Origin: an uncultured Chloroflexia bacterium
GTDB taxonomy: Bacteria; Chloroflexota; UBA6077; JACCZL01
Direction of reading: 5' to 3'
Assembly: GCA_963765765.1 (NCBI GenBank)
Contig: CAVXYC010000023.1
Location: 32,001-96,000, forward strand
DNA length: 64,000 nt
This document shows positions 33,252 to 43,551 of the stretch, in pieces; the first letter of the stretch is position 1; the number at the start of each line of letters is the position of its first letter. Position numbers and translations under genes: made by a program. The notes under the pieces are model-generated. The model was given only the letters and a program-made list of their open reading frames with translations. It did no database searches and was not told the DNA's origin.

Positions 33252-34250
33252 ATGACCACTGCTACCGCGCTTGAGGTCGCGCTCGAGGCCCAGGGATCGC
33301 TGCCGAATTTCCGTTACGAGCAGATCCTGCCACTCATGGCCGGTCGAGTGAACATCGACGGCGTCACACTCGTCCCCAGCGCGCCGATGGAGGCGTGCGG
33401 CTATTACGCGAAAGACAAATTCAAGAACGGCGAGTTCGGTCTGGTCGATACCAACATCGGGGATATTGTCCCAGCGATTGACTCCGGCTGGAAGATCACC
33501 TGCTTGCCGGTGTTCATCAAGCGCAAGCCCCACTGGAACTACTGCTGGGTGCGCACCGACCGCGGTATCAATAACCCCAAGGACCTCGAGGGCAAGACGT
33601 TCGCCAGCGTGGGCTACGGTAGCACCATCACGATCTACACACGCGGGTTCCTGGCGCGCGACCACGGTGTGGATATTCTCAAGATCAATTGGCTTCTCAA
33701 TGGCAAGCACCCCTTTGATCTCCATGGGCCACAGCCGGAGATCACAATCGCCTCTGGGCCACCCAAGCCACCGTGGCGCCGACTCCTGGACGGTGAGGTG
33801 GACGCCATCACCGGCGACATCACCGACTCCGAAGCCTGGAAGCTCCTCGAGAGCGACTCCGGCGTGCGGCGCCTGTTCCCGGATTACCGCGAGAAGAACG
33901 ACGCGCTGATCAAGCAGGGAATCTTCACACCCGTGCACGCAATGGCGATGAGTAGCACCCTGAACGATGCGCACCCAGGCCTCAGCAAGAAGCTCTATGA
34001 CGCCTTCAATGAGTCCAAAGAGCTGGCCTATGACGATCACCTGAGCGACAAGGCGAGTTCATCTCTGCTGCACTACAGTCGGGAAGCCATGCGCGATCAG
34101 CTGAAAGCCTACGGAGACATCTACGCGCACGGCGTCAAAGCCAACGCGAAGGCCATGGACATCTATTTCCAGTTCAGCCAGGAACAGGGGATCACCAAGG
34201 AGCTCATGACGGCCGAGCGCTTCTACGCGAAGGGCACGCTGGACACGTAA
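33252..34250 (+). CDS. 4,5-dihydroxyphthalate decarboxylase-like protein
   Basis: ILPLMAGRVNIDGVTL, CLPVFIKR, PKDLEGK, LLDGEVDA, RRLFPDYR, GIFTPVH, AHGVKANAKA. Confidence 0.8.
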   Translation: MTTATALEVALEAQGSLPNFRYEQILPLMAGRVNIDGVTLVPSAPMEACGYYAKDKFKNGEFGLVDTNIGDIVPAIDSGWKITCLPVFIKRKPHWNYCWVRTDRGINNPKDLEGKTFASVGYGSTITIYTRGFLARDHGVDILKINWLLNGKHPFDLHGPQPEITIASGPPKPPWRRLLDGEVDAITGDITDSEAWKLLESDSGVRRLFPDYREKNDALIKQGIFTPVHAMAMSSTLNDAHPGLSKKLYDAFNESKELAYDDHLSDKASSSLLHYSREAMRDQLKAYGDIYAHGVKANAKAMDIYFQFSQEQGITKELMTAERFYAKGTLDT

Positions 34251-34254
34251 GCCG

Positions 34255-34365
34255 GCTCCCTCTCTCGTTGGGAGAGGGCTGGGGTGAGGGGACTTGGCTT
34301 CCCCTCACCCCGAGTCCCTCAACCGCGAGCCCTCACCCCAACCCTCTCCCAGGGGAAGAGGAAGT
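34255..34365. repeat. CCCTCACCCCAACCCTCTCCC-family inverted repeat between convergent genes
   Basis: gggagagggctggggtgagggg ... ccctcaccccaaccctctccc; same family at 45041-45150, with a degenerate copy at about 18712-18778. Confidence 0.8.
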
Positions 34366-34376
34366 CGCCGTCGCGA

Positions 34377-35384
34377 TTATTCGCAGACGGTATCGCCTTT
34401 ATAGACCTGTAGTTTCAGAGATACGTCTGGTCCGCTCACGCCGCGGGCAATGGCGCCACCCGGGATGTAGACAGAGCCGCCAATAGCAGCGGCTCCGGTC
34501 AAGCCATGCGTGGGCAGCGGCATCGGCTGGAGCCGCACCCACTCGTTCGTCCGCGGGTTGAACATCTCGTTTTCCTCGAAGATGCCACGGGGGTCGGGAT
34601 CGTTACCCTCCCCACCGACCGCGTAGAAGCAGCCATTGGAAACGACGCTCGCCATTCCCGCGCGAGGCTTCAGGAGGGGCGTTGCTGGCGACCATGAGCC
34701 CGTTGCTGGATCGTAGACCTCGACGATGTCGGTCATCTCACTGCCCACGCCACTACCAAAACGACCGCCAGCCACCATGACCTTGCCGTCAACGGCGCCC
34801 ACCGCTAGATGATTGCGAGCGGTGGGCATGTCCGGCAGCGTCGTCCAGGTATCGGCGGCGGGGTCATACATCGCGAAATCAGCGCCGCTAGGTGGACGGC
34901 CGCCGGCTACGTAAATCTTGCCATCGATAACAGCAGCTCCACCGCCACTGCGACGAGTCGGCATCTCCGCGCGGGCTTCCCAGGTTCCTGCTTCCTCATT
35001 GAGGACGTGAGTTAGATCGAGGAAAACGGGCTGACCGCCGCCGAGAGTTGCCTCCCCGCCTATGATGTAGACCCTGCCGTCGATGGTGGCGGCCATGGTG
35101 TGATGCATCGTCATCGGCAAGGCCGGCCCGAGGCTCCAACTATCCGTGGCGGAGTCGTACACCTGCACCTCGTCCGAGACGATGCGCTCACCCGGGTAAC
35201 CGCCCATCACGTAGATCTTTCCGTTGTTCTCCGTGACGGAGATCTCGGAGCGGCGCAGCAGCAGATCGGCTCGCTCGCTCCAGCTTCCTTGCGCGGCGGA
35301 GGGCACTGGCGATAGCACAATGGCAACCGCGCCGAGCGCCGCGAATGCGACCATGAACATTGAGTACGGGCGAAATCGTGTCAT
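34377..35384 (-). CDS. Secreted Kelch-repeat (beta-propeller) protein
   Basis: Signal peptide and about six repeats of G(K/R)IY(V/I)xGG..YD..W. Confidence 0.9.
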   Translation of the reverse strand: MTRFRPYSMFMVAFAALGAVAIVLSPVPSAAQGSWSERADLLLRRSEISVTENNGKIYVMGGYPGERIVSDEVQVYDSATDSWSLGPALPMTMHHTMAATIDGRVYIIGGEATLGGGQPVFLDLTHVLNEEAGTWEARAEMPTRRSGGGAAVIDGKIYVAGGRPPSGADFAMYDPAADTWTTLPDMPTARNHLAVGAVDGKVMVAGGRFGSGVGSEMTDIVEVYDPATGSWSPATPLLKPRAGMASVVSNGCFYAVGGEGNDPDPRGIFEENEMFNPRTNEWVRLQPMPLPTHGLTGAAAIGGSVYIPGGAIARGVSGPDVSLKLQVYKGDTVCE

Positions 35385-35738
35385 GACTCCTCTCCTGAAC
35401 GGGCACTGGTGGAGAATAGCTTACTACTTCGATTGCGACGAAGTAATTGAGACTACCCGACTGAAACCGCACAAGGAGCGATTACGGACTCGGGAAGCTC
35501 CGTCCGAGCTGCGCCGATCCCCTGGCCAGACACTGCCGGAAGCCGTCGGCCCGGTCCTGCGCGCCGCCGGACAGATACCGATACGGGGGAGCCGGGCCTG
35601 GCGCTGTGGACCGATCGGCAGGGTCATGCACCCCGGTATCAGGCCAAGAACGGCTAGGGCGATGCCGCATCGCAGGAGCTCGAGACGGGTCGTAACAGAT
35701 TCCCGCTGTGTCAAGTGATTTGCTTTAGGCGCCTCGGT

Positions 35739-36755
35739 TTACTGAATGAGCTCGGTTGCTTGCTGGAGGACGTCCTGCCGGATTTTCAGGCCGAGGGCCT
35801 GCGCTGTTTTAAGATTGATGACGAACTCGAAGTCCGTCGGCCGCTCCATCGGCAGGTCGCCGGGGCGGGCACCTCGCAGGATTTTGTCCACGTACGGGGC
35901 TGCACTCCGGTAGATCTCGGGTTGACTCACGCCATAGGCCAGCAAGCCTCCCGCCCGAGCGAACTCCCGATTTTCGGTGATACACGGCAGCCGATACTGG
36001 AGCGCTAACTCGGCGACGCGCACCCACGCAGAGTTCCACTGGGTGCTGTTGAGAATCTTGATGGCATCAGCGCCGGCTGTGGACATGGCCGCGAACGCGT
36101 CGTCGAGGCCGCTGATGTCAGGCATGGTGACGACGTGAAGGTGTACCCCGAGGCCGGGCGCGGCCTCCTCGAGCGCCTGCGTGCGCCTCTGCATTGAATC
36201 TGAGCTGGTTACGCGGAGCACGGCTACACGGGAGACGTGCGGGACCGCTTCCTTCAAGAGTTGAAGCTGCTTGCCTTCCAGCTGCTGCCCGCTTACGCCG
36301 GCAATCCCGGTGATGTTCCCGCCGGGTCGCGCGATGTTGTCCACGAGCCCGCTCTCGATTGCCTCCCCGCTGATCAGGATCGCCACGAGCGGGACAGTGG
36401 CGGTCGCCTCCTTGGCGGCGACGCTGGCCCCGGACGTCTGCACTACAACCAGCTCGACCTTCCGCTCGACGAGCTCGGTCGCGAGGGCCCGCCACCGTTG
36501 GGAGTCTCCCTCGGCCCAGCGGGACTCCACGGCGAGGTTCCGGCCCTCGACCCAGCCCAGCTCCCGCAGTCCATCCCAGAACCCGTCCCAATGGTCACCA
36601 GACAAATTTCCGAGGATCCCGATCAGGCGCACCCGCTCGGACGTTGGGGCCTGGGGAGTGGGCAGCCCGCAGCCGGCCAGCAGACCGAGGCCGGCCACGG
36701 ACAGACTGCCACGGAGGAACCCGCGACGGGTGCGGGCGGACCCGGTTGGCGTCAT
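35739..36755 (-). CDS. ABC transporter substrate-binding protein (ABC_sub_bind family), Tat-type lipoprotein signal
   Basis: TRRGFLRG..LLAGC; LRELGWVEGRNL; ARPGGNITG; YVDKILRGARPGDLPMERPT; INLKTAQALG. The start may be 36809. Confidence 0.9.
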   Translation of the reverse strand: MTPTGSARTRRGFLRGSLSVAGLGLLAGCGLPTPQAPTSERVRLIGILGNLSGDHWDGFWDGLRELGWVEGRNLAVESRWAEGDSQRWRALATELVERKVELVVVQTSGASVAAKEATATVPLVAILISGEAIESGLVDNIARPGGNITGIAGVSGQQLEGKQLQLLKEAVPHVSRVAVLRVTSSDSMQRRTQALEEAAPGLGVHLHVVTMPDISGLDDAFAAMSTAGADAIKILNSTQWNSAWVRVAELALQYRLPCITENREFARAGGLLAYGVSQPEIYRSAAPYVDKILRGARPGDLPMERPTDFEFVINLKTAQALGLKIRQDVLQQATELIQ

Positions 36756-37145
36756 GATGGCAGTAGTGTACGCCCGCCCTCGTGGTGCTACAACACAGGT
36801 GATGGCCATGGAGGAGACGGAGGAGCGGATTGGTGGAAGTCGGGTTCACAGCCCGCGCAAGTACGGGGTCGGCAGCAGTGCCACAGCGCCCGCGAGCGAT
36901 CTCAATTCCTTATATAAGAACGAGCGACCGCTCTGTCCGTCTCCGGCATTACGAGTGTCTAACGGCTCGTGAGCCAGCAGCTCGACCGTTTGAGGAGAAG
37001 AGTGCGCCGGCATCCGTCAAAGATCATCCCGCGAATCGGTTGATGTATGTACGTGTGGACCGCGCAGGGAGTAAGCTAGGATCGCCACCGGCCGCATCGG
37101 GCAAATGGATTCACACAGCCTCGCGTTGCTGGAAGGAGATGACTC

Positions 37146-38201
37146 ATGGCCGAGATCGTCGCTGGATTTGCATCGTCACATAGTCCGCTCATGGCATTGA
37201 CAGGACCTCTCTGGGATCAGTTCGCCAAGCAGAACGATCCGCGGAACCGAGAGCTGGTGAAGCCGCCACACGGTCGACACCTGACGTTCGAGCAAATGAT
37301 GGCTGAGGCCGATCCGGCCCTCGCTGGCGTCGCCACCGTTGAGCGATTCGAAGAACGAGCTGATGCTATTCAGGCCGCGCTGAACGACCTGAGCAAGACG
37401 TTCGCGGAGGTAAACCCGGACGTGGTCGTGATGGTCGGCGACGATCAGAACGAGCTCTTCTACGATGACAACATGCCGTCGATCAGTGTCTATTGGGGAG
37501 ATTCGATCTCGATGCTCCCGCGACCGGTCCCTGATTCCGCCTCTGATGCGAACAAGATGTACTCGGCCGTGTATGGGACGGAGGCGATTGATTATCCGGT
37601 CGATGCCAAGCTTGGCCTGCACATCATCGAGTCACTGATGGACCAGGACTTCGATGTGTCCCACTCCCGCTACCTGCGCGAGGAATACGGCGGCAAGATC
37701 GGTCCCGCGACGTGGTATCTGGACTTTGGTCGCGAAACAGCCCCTCGGCCCCAGGGTCTCGGGCACGCCTTCGCGTTTCCGATCAACCGTTGGTTCGCCG
37801 GCAAGATGCCGCCGATTGTGCCGATCTCGATCAACACGTGCTATCCACCCAACTGGATCAGCCCCCGCCGGGCTTACGCGCTTGGTCGGGCGGTGCGTGA
37901 GGCCGTTCATAGCTGGGACAGCAACCTGAGAGTGGCCATTGCCACATCCGGCGGGCTTAGCCATTTTGTGGTCGATGAGGAGCTTGACCGGCAGGTCCTC
38001 AATGCGCTGGGGGAATGCGACAGCCAGACGCTCTCGACACTGCCCCGCGTTCGTCTTCAGTCGGCGACAACTGAGATTCTCAACTGGGTTGCAGTGTCAG
38101 GCATGATGGGCGACACACCTATGGAGACCCTCGCCTACGAGCCGGGTTACCGCACGCCGGCCGGCACCGGTTGCGGCTGCGGGGTGGGTCGCTGGCTCTA
38201 G
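37146..38201 (+). CDS. Class III extradiol ring-cleavage dioxygenase (LigB/DesZ family)
   Basis: MAEIVAGFASSHSP, PDVVVMVGDDQNELF, GHAFAF, SGGLSHFVVDEELD, YRTPAGTG. Confidence 0.88.
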   Translation: MAEIVAGFASSHSPLMALTGPLWDQFAKQNDPRNRELVKPPHGRHLTFEQMMAEADPALAGVATVERFEERADAIQAALNDLSKTFAEVNPDVVVMVGDDQNELFYDDNMPSISVYWGDSISMLPRPVPDSASDANKMYSAVYGTEAIDYPVDAKLGLHIIESLMDQDFDVSHSRYLREEYGGKIGPATWYLDFGRETAPRPQGLGHAFAFPINRWFAGKMPPIVPISINTCYPPNWISPRRAYALGRAVREAVHSWDSNLRVAIATSGGLSHFVVDEELDRQVLNALGECDSQTLSTLPRVRLQSATTEILNWVAVSGMMGDTPMETLAYEPGYRTPAGTGCGCGVGRWL

Positions 38202-38394
38202 CCGCGCTCAGCCGTAGACTTTTGTCATCGATTCATGATTGGTCTCCTCAGCTCGACGCTGTGGGGACCATGACTCATCCGTGGCGCTTGACGGTGCGAT
38301 AGGCGTCTCGCCTGTGTCCGGTTGCCCGGGAGCGTCGCGGCGTGTTCCGTGATTCCTCGTTTCTTCATCCGCTCCCATCGGAGGTACATAGCAC

Positions 38395-39384
38395 ATGACC
38401 ACAACCACATTCGGTATCTCTCTGCCGTCCGCGGGAGCCATGGCCGCGCCAGCGAACATGCGGGCTATCGCCAGCGCGGCCGAATCACTGGGGTATGACT
38501 CTGTCTGGGTCTCCGATCACGTCGTTGCTCCCGAGAAACCCGATTCGGTGTACCCCTACGGTGGTGGCGGTCCCTTCGCATCGCCGGGCGCGGGCACCTA
38601 CTACGAGCCGCTGACTACTCTTGCCTGGATCGCCGGGGCAACAGAGCGCGTGCGGCTGGGTATCAGCGTGTTGGTCATCCCGCTCCGCAACCCGGTCTAC
38701 GCGGCCAAGACCATCGCCACGTTGGACGCGCTCTCGGACGGCCGAGTCATCCTGGGCATCGGCGTGGGCTGGCTCAGCGAGGAGTTTGAGGCATTGGGTG
38801 AGGCGCGTTTTGACAAACGCGGTCCAATCACAGACGAATGGATCGACATTTATCGAAAGCTCTGGGCTCAAGACCCAACCACGAGCCATCAAGGAGCGCA
38901 CTACAGCTTTGAGCCATTGCGGTCGCTCCCCAAACCGGTCCAACGACCGATGAATCACGGGGAGCAGTGGCCCGGTCCACCCATCTGGGTGGGCGGCAAC
39001 TCGCTACCGGCGCTGCGGCGCACAGCCCGTCTCGGCGATGGCTGGCAGGGATTGCGAACAAACGTGGATGAGACTCAGGCGTGTTTGGTGCAGCTTGATG
39101 AGCTTCTCGCGGAAGTCGGACGGTCGCGTGAATCGCTGGCAATCTCGTCGCGGTTGAATGTCTCACAGCAGGCAAACCCAGAAGCCTCGCTTGATTACGA
39201 CATCGCCGGCGATCCCGACCTGGCCGCCGAGCGCATTGGCCGCTATCAAAAGCTCGGGTGCGACGATTTCATGCTGATCCCGCAGCCACGCGACTCAGTG
39301 ACGGGGATGGTCGAGTCAATGGAATGGTTCGCTACGGAGGTTCGGCCGCGAGTGCGGGAGGCATCACCAGCGGGTCAGGGCTAA
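38395..39384 (+). CDS. LLM class, probably F420-dependent, oxidoreductase
   Basis: AESLGYDSVWVSDHVV, EPLTTLAWIAGATERVRLG, TLDALSDGRVILGIGVGW, PPIWVGGNS. Confidence 0.9.
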   Translation: MTTTTFGISLPSAGAMAAPANMRAIASAAESLGYDSVWVSDHVVAPEKPDSVYPYGGGGPFASPGAGTYYEPLTTLAWIAGATERVRLGISVLVIPLRNPVYAAKTIATLDALSDGRVILGIGVGWLSEEFEALGEARFDKRGPITDEWIDIYRKLWAQDPTTSHQGAHYSFEPLRSLPKPVQRPMNHGEQWPGPPIWVGGNSLPALRRTARLGDGWQGLRTNVDETQACLVQLDELLAEVGRSRESLAISSRLNVSQQANPEASLDYDIAGDPDLAAERIGRYQKLGCDDFMLIPQPRDSVTGMVESMEWFATEVRPRVREASPAGQG

Positions 39385-39391
39385 CAAGGAC

Positions 39392-39769
39392 ATGCTGCAG
39401 TCAAGCGACCTGATGGCCTTTGTGGCCACGGCCAATGCAGACCTTGCCCGCGAGTTCTATCGAGACGTACTGGGCCTCACCCTCATCGATGAGCACGCAT
39501 TTGCCCTCGTCTTCGACAGCAACGGCACAAGATTGCGGGTGCAAAAGGTTCACACGGTCAGCCCCATCCCATACACAGCACTGGGTTGGCGTGTCGAAGA
39601 CATTCATGCCTCTATTCGCGGTCTAGAAGACCGCGGCGTGAGCTTCGAGCGCTTCGAAGGCCTGCAGCAGGACGATGACGGCGTGTGGACCACGCCCGAC
39701 GGTGTCGCCGTGGCGTGGTTCAAAGACCCAGACGGGAATCTGCTGAGCCTGTCACAGGAGCCGACATAG
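39392..39769 (+). CDS. VOC family (glyoxalase/bleomycin resistance) protein
   Basis: AREFYRDVLGL..VAWFKDPDGNLLSL. Confidence 0.9.
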   Translation: MLQSSDLMAFVATANADLAREFYRDVLGLTLIDEHAFALVFDSNGTRLRVQKVHTVSPIPYTALGWRVEDIHASIRGLEDRGVSFERFEGLQQDDDGVWTTPDGVAVAWFKDPDGNLLSLSQEPT

Positions 39770-39794
39770 TTGGGGCAACCCCCGCCTGGGATCG

Positions 39795-39959
39795 CTACAT
39801 CGATGGTTTGTAATCGGGCGCCAGGAACTTTGCCGGGTCGGCATCAAACGCCTTCTTACAACCAGGAGCGCAGAAATAATAGGTAGTCCCTTGATGCTCT
39901 GTCGTGTGTCGAGCGGTCTGCGTATCGACTTCCATACCGCACACTGGATCCTTCGCCAC
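39795..39959 (-). CDS. YHS/TRASH small metal-binding protein
   Basis: GTG start after GGGAGG; MAKDPVCGMEVD..YYFCAPGCKKAFDADP. Confidence 0.88.
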   Translation of the reverse strand: MAKDPVCGMEVDTQTARHTTEHQGTTYYFCAPGCKKAFDADPAKFLAPDYKPSM

Positions 39960-40269
39960 GAGTGCCCTCCCTGAGCCGTTCGCTCTCTTCACCCTACCCC
40001 TCAGAAGAGCGAGTTGGAATGGTTGTCCAGGCTCCCATTCTTGAAAGTTGACTGGTTCATGTACTCTTGAGCCCGCGGTTTGAGCCCGTTTCGAGCCATG
40101 TGGATATACGATAAAGCTGGCTCGATATACGAGGGAGACTAAACTCGTCCTCGGGAGTCTGAATCTCCGAACTGGCTGGTTTTTTCTGAGCATCATGCAC
40201 GCTGATCACCGAGACCCTCGCAGTGATGGTCGGCCACACTCGCGACCACGGGCTACATCGCTCGTACTC

Positions 40270-41009
40270 GTGTTGCCTGATAGCATCTCGGCCTGCCTGT
40301 TCGACATGGACGGCGTACTCACCGAAACAGCAAAGGTACACGCGGCAGCCTGGAAGCAGATGTTCGATGCGTACTTGCTCGATCGCAGCAAACAGGCCGG
40401 CGAGCCATTCCGTCCCTTCGAGATTGCCAGCGATTATGCCGAGCTCGTCGACGGTAAACTTCGGCTCGATGGGGTCCGTGGCTTCCTGGCGTCGCGTGGG
40501 ATTCGAGATCCCGGAGGGCTCGGCCGACGATCCGCCAACGGCACTGACAGTGCATGGCCTGGGGAGACAGAAGAACGACCTGGTGCAAGAGCTCATCAGG
40601 GAAAACGGCGTCGAGGTGTACGAAGGATCGGTCCGGTTCCTGAAGGTCGTACGTGATGCCGGGCTGCGGCGAGCAGTGGTCTCGGCGAGCAAGAATTGCC
40701 AGGAGGTGCTGGAAGCCGCCGGCATAGACCACCTGTTCGAGGTGCGCATCGATGGCATCGTCGCCGATGAGGCCCACCTGCGCGGGAAACCAGCACCGGA
40801 CCTATTCCTTGCCGCCGCGGCCGCGTTGGGTGTCGAGCCTGCACGGTTGTGCCGTCTTCGAAGATGCCATCGCTGGCGTCGAAGCGGGACGGGGCGGTGG
40901 GTTTGGATTGGTTGTCGGCGTCGACCGCGTTGGGCAGGCCCAGGCGCTGCGCGATCACGGCGCCGACCAGGTCGTTGCCGACCTGAGCGAATTGCTGGCC
41001 TCACGGTGA
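40270..41009 (+). CDS. Beta-phosphoglucomutase family HAD hydrolase (frameshifted)
   Basis: [11 protein letters not shown] (motif I), [17 protein letters not shown] and [14 protein letters not shown] across three frames. The stop overlaps the next GTG. Confidence 0.85.
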
Positions 41010-43396
41010 TCGAGCCAGACGTATTCTCGGTCGAGCCGTGGGCCGTTGTGGAGCCCACCCTGCGACTCGACCTGCTCGCGCAGACCGAGTCGATCTTCGC
41101 CCTGTCCAACGGGCACATCGGAATGCGTGGCAACCTCGACGAAGGGGAGCCGCACGTCATCCCCGGCACCTATTTGAACGGGTTCTTCGAGACACTACCG
41201 CTGCCGTACGCCGAGGGAGGCTACGGGTATCCCACAGAGGGCCAGTCGCTGATCGACGTGACCAACGGCAAGATCCTGCGCCTCCTCGTCAACGACGAGC
41301 CGTTCGACGTTCGCTACGGCACCGTACTGCGCCACGAACGGGAGCTCGATCTACGCGACGGCGTGTTGCGGCGGGTGGTGGAGTGGGTCTCTCCAGCCGG
41401 CCAGGCTGTCCGCGTCCGCTCCACAAGGCTCGTCTCGTTCGTCCAGCGTGCGGTGGCAGCAATCCACTACGAGGTCGAGCCGCTCGGCGAGTCGGTCGGC
41501 GTCGTCGTGCAGTCTGTCCTGGTGGCCAACGAACCGGTACCCCAGCAGACCGACGACCCTCGTGCAGCCGCCGCGCTGAGATCGCCGCTCATCGGGGAGT
41601 ATCACGCGATCCATGACCTCAAGGCTTCGCTCGGTCATCGGACGCGCGTCAGTGGGTTGGGGATGGCAGCCGGGATGGACCACATCATCGAAGGCCCGGC
41701 AGGGACGGTGACCGCGGCAGAGTGCGAGCCGGACTTGGCGCGGGTCACGATCACCACGGAGCTGTCCCCGGGGCAGAAGCTGCAGGTGATCAAACTGCTC
41801 GCCTACGGATGGTCGAGCGAACGCTCCATGCCGGGGTTGCGGGATCAAGTGGACGGAGCGCTCGCGGCGGCTAAGCGAACTGGCTGGGATGGGCTCCTGG
41901 CCGGCCAGCGTGCGTACCTCGGCGACGTGTGGGATCGAGCCGACGTAGAGCTAGACGGTGACCCCGAGCTGCAGCAGGCGGTGCGATTCGCACTCTTCCA
42001 GGTGCTCCAGGCCGCCGCCCGCGCGGAGCAACGTGCGATCCCGGCCAAGGGGTTCACCGGCCGAGGCTACGATGGGCACACCTTCTGGGACATGGAGACC
42101 TACACCTTGCCGGTCCTGACCTACTCCGCGCCGGAAATGGCCCGCGACGCCCTGCGCTGGCGACACTCGACGCTCGACCTGGCACGAGCACGAGCGCGCG
42201 AGCTGCGATTAGCAGGCGCGGCGTTCCCCTGGCGCACGATTCGCGGCGAGGAATGCTCAGGCTACTGGCCGGCCGCTACCGCGGCATTCCACATCAACGC
42301 CGACATTGCCGACGCGGTGCGCCGTTACGTCGCCGCGACCGGCGATACCGAGTTCGATCGCGGGCTTGGCCTGGAGCTACTGGTCGAGACGGCACGCCTC
42401 TGGCTCTCGGTGGGACATCATGATACCGAGGGCTGCTTTCGGATCGACGGCGTGACCGGGCCGGATGAGTACACGGCGATCGCCGACAACAATGTGTTCA
42501 CCAACTTGATGGCGGCTCGCAATCTTCGAGCCGCCGCTGATGTAGTGACCCGGCACCCGCAACGAGCGGCTGAGCTCGCCGTGGACGAACGTGAGGTTGA
42601 CGCGTGGCGGAGGGCAGCCAGCACCATGGTGGTGCCCTTCGACGAAGAGCTGGGCGTAACCTCCCAGTCGGCAGGCTTCACCCGCTACCGCCGCTGGGAC
42701 TTCGAGGCGACCGGAGCCGACGACTACCCGCTGCTCCTCCACTATCCGTACTACCTTCTCTACTCCAGTCAAGTAGTCAAGCAAGCCGACCTCGTCTTGG
42801 CCCTGTACCTCTGCGGCGACCGCTTTACGCTCGAGCAGAAGCGGCGTGACTTCGAGCACTACGAGGCCATCACGGTGCGGGACTCGTCGTTATCCGCATC
42901 TATTCAGGCAATCGTCGCGGCGGAGGTGGGGCACCTGGAGCTCGCTTATGACTACTTCCGTGAGACGGCCTTTATCGATCTGCACGACCTCTCTGGCAAC
43001 ACAGACGATGGTCTGCACCTCGCCTCGCTGGCCGGCGCCTGGCTTGTCGCGGTCGCCGGGTTTGGCGGCATGCGTGACCACGGCGATATTCTTGCGTTCG
43101 CTCCTCGACTGCCCGCGCGGCTCACCAGGCTGTGCTTCCACCTGCTGTACCGCGGTCGACGCCTTCGCATCGAGGTCAGCTCCAATCACACTCAGTACGA
43201 GCTGGTTGCTGGCGAGCCAGTCGACTTGATCCACCACGGCCAGCCGTTCACACTGCTGCTGGCGTCGCCGCAGACTCATGCGAATCCGACACTGCCAGTG
43301 CCACCGGCGGTCAAGCCCCCGCCGTGTCGGGAGCCGGGCCGGCGCGGCGTTGGCGCGAGCGCCAGCAGCGCCCGGATCTCTCCACTGGCAGAGTAG
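41006..43396 (+). CDS. Glycoside hydrolase family 65 (trehalose/maltose/kojibiose phosphorylase-like)
   Basis: [45 protein letters not shown]; GTG at 41006 is coupled to the beta-PGM stop. Confidence 0.92.
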   Translation: MIEPDVFSVEPWAVVEPTLRLDLLAQTESIFALSNGHIGMRGNLDEGEPHVIPGTYLNGFFETLPLPYAEGGYGYPTEGQSLIDVTNGKILRLLVNDEPFDVRYGTVLRHERELDLRDGVLRRVVEWVSPAGQAVRVRSTRLVSFVQRAVAAIHYEVEPLGESVGVVVQSVLVANEPVPQQTDDPRAAAALRSPLIGEYHAIHDLKASLGHRTRVSGLGMAAGMDHIIEGPAGTVTAAECEPDLARVTITTELSPGQKLQVIKLLAYGWSSERSMPGLRDQVDGALAAAKRTGWDGLLAGQRAYLGDVWDRADVELDGDPELQQAVRFALFQVLQAAARAEQRAIPAKGFTGRGYDGHTFWDMETYTLPVLTYSAPEMARDALRWRHSTLDLARARARELRLAGAAFPWRTIRGEECSGYWPAATAAFHINADIADAVRRYVAATGDTEFDRGLGLELLVETARLWLSVGHHDTEGCFRIDGVTGPDEYTAIADNNVFTNLMAARNLRAAADVVTRHPQRAAELAVDEREVDAWRRAASTMVVPFDEELGVTSQSAGFTRYRRWDFEATGADDYPLLLHYPYYLLYSSQVVKQADLVLALYLCGDRFTLEQKRRDFEHYEAITVRDSSLSASIQAIVAAEVGHLELAYDYFRETAFIDLHDLSGNTDDGLHLASLAGAWLVAVAGFGGMRDHGDILAFAPRLPARLTRLCFHLLYRGRRLRIEVSSNHTQYELVAGEPVDLIHHGQPFTLLLASPQTHANPTLPVPPAVKPPPCREPGRRGVGASASSARISPLAE

Positions 43397-43551
43397 GACC
43401 GCGGGCCTTGCAAGTCCTACTCGGTGCTCGTGCTGTGCCGCTCGCTCGGCGTATTGCTCGGTGCGAAGTTTGGCGTCATGACGGAACCGCCGCGCCCCAC
43501 TGGTGAAAGCCGAGTGCCCGTTAATGCCCGGTGCGGAGCGCTTTTAGTGAT

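Noticed and set aside
19054-34365. CRISPR array or tRNA among the repeats
   Set aside because: The repeats are isolated inverted pairs, not regularly spaced direct repeats; no cas genes or cloverleaf motifs were seen.
40223-43396. 1057-aa HAD-GH65 fusion protein
   Set aside because: The fusion arises from frameshifts in the beta-PGM gene, which has its own stop at 41009 overlapping a GTG start at 41006.
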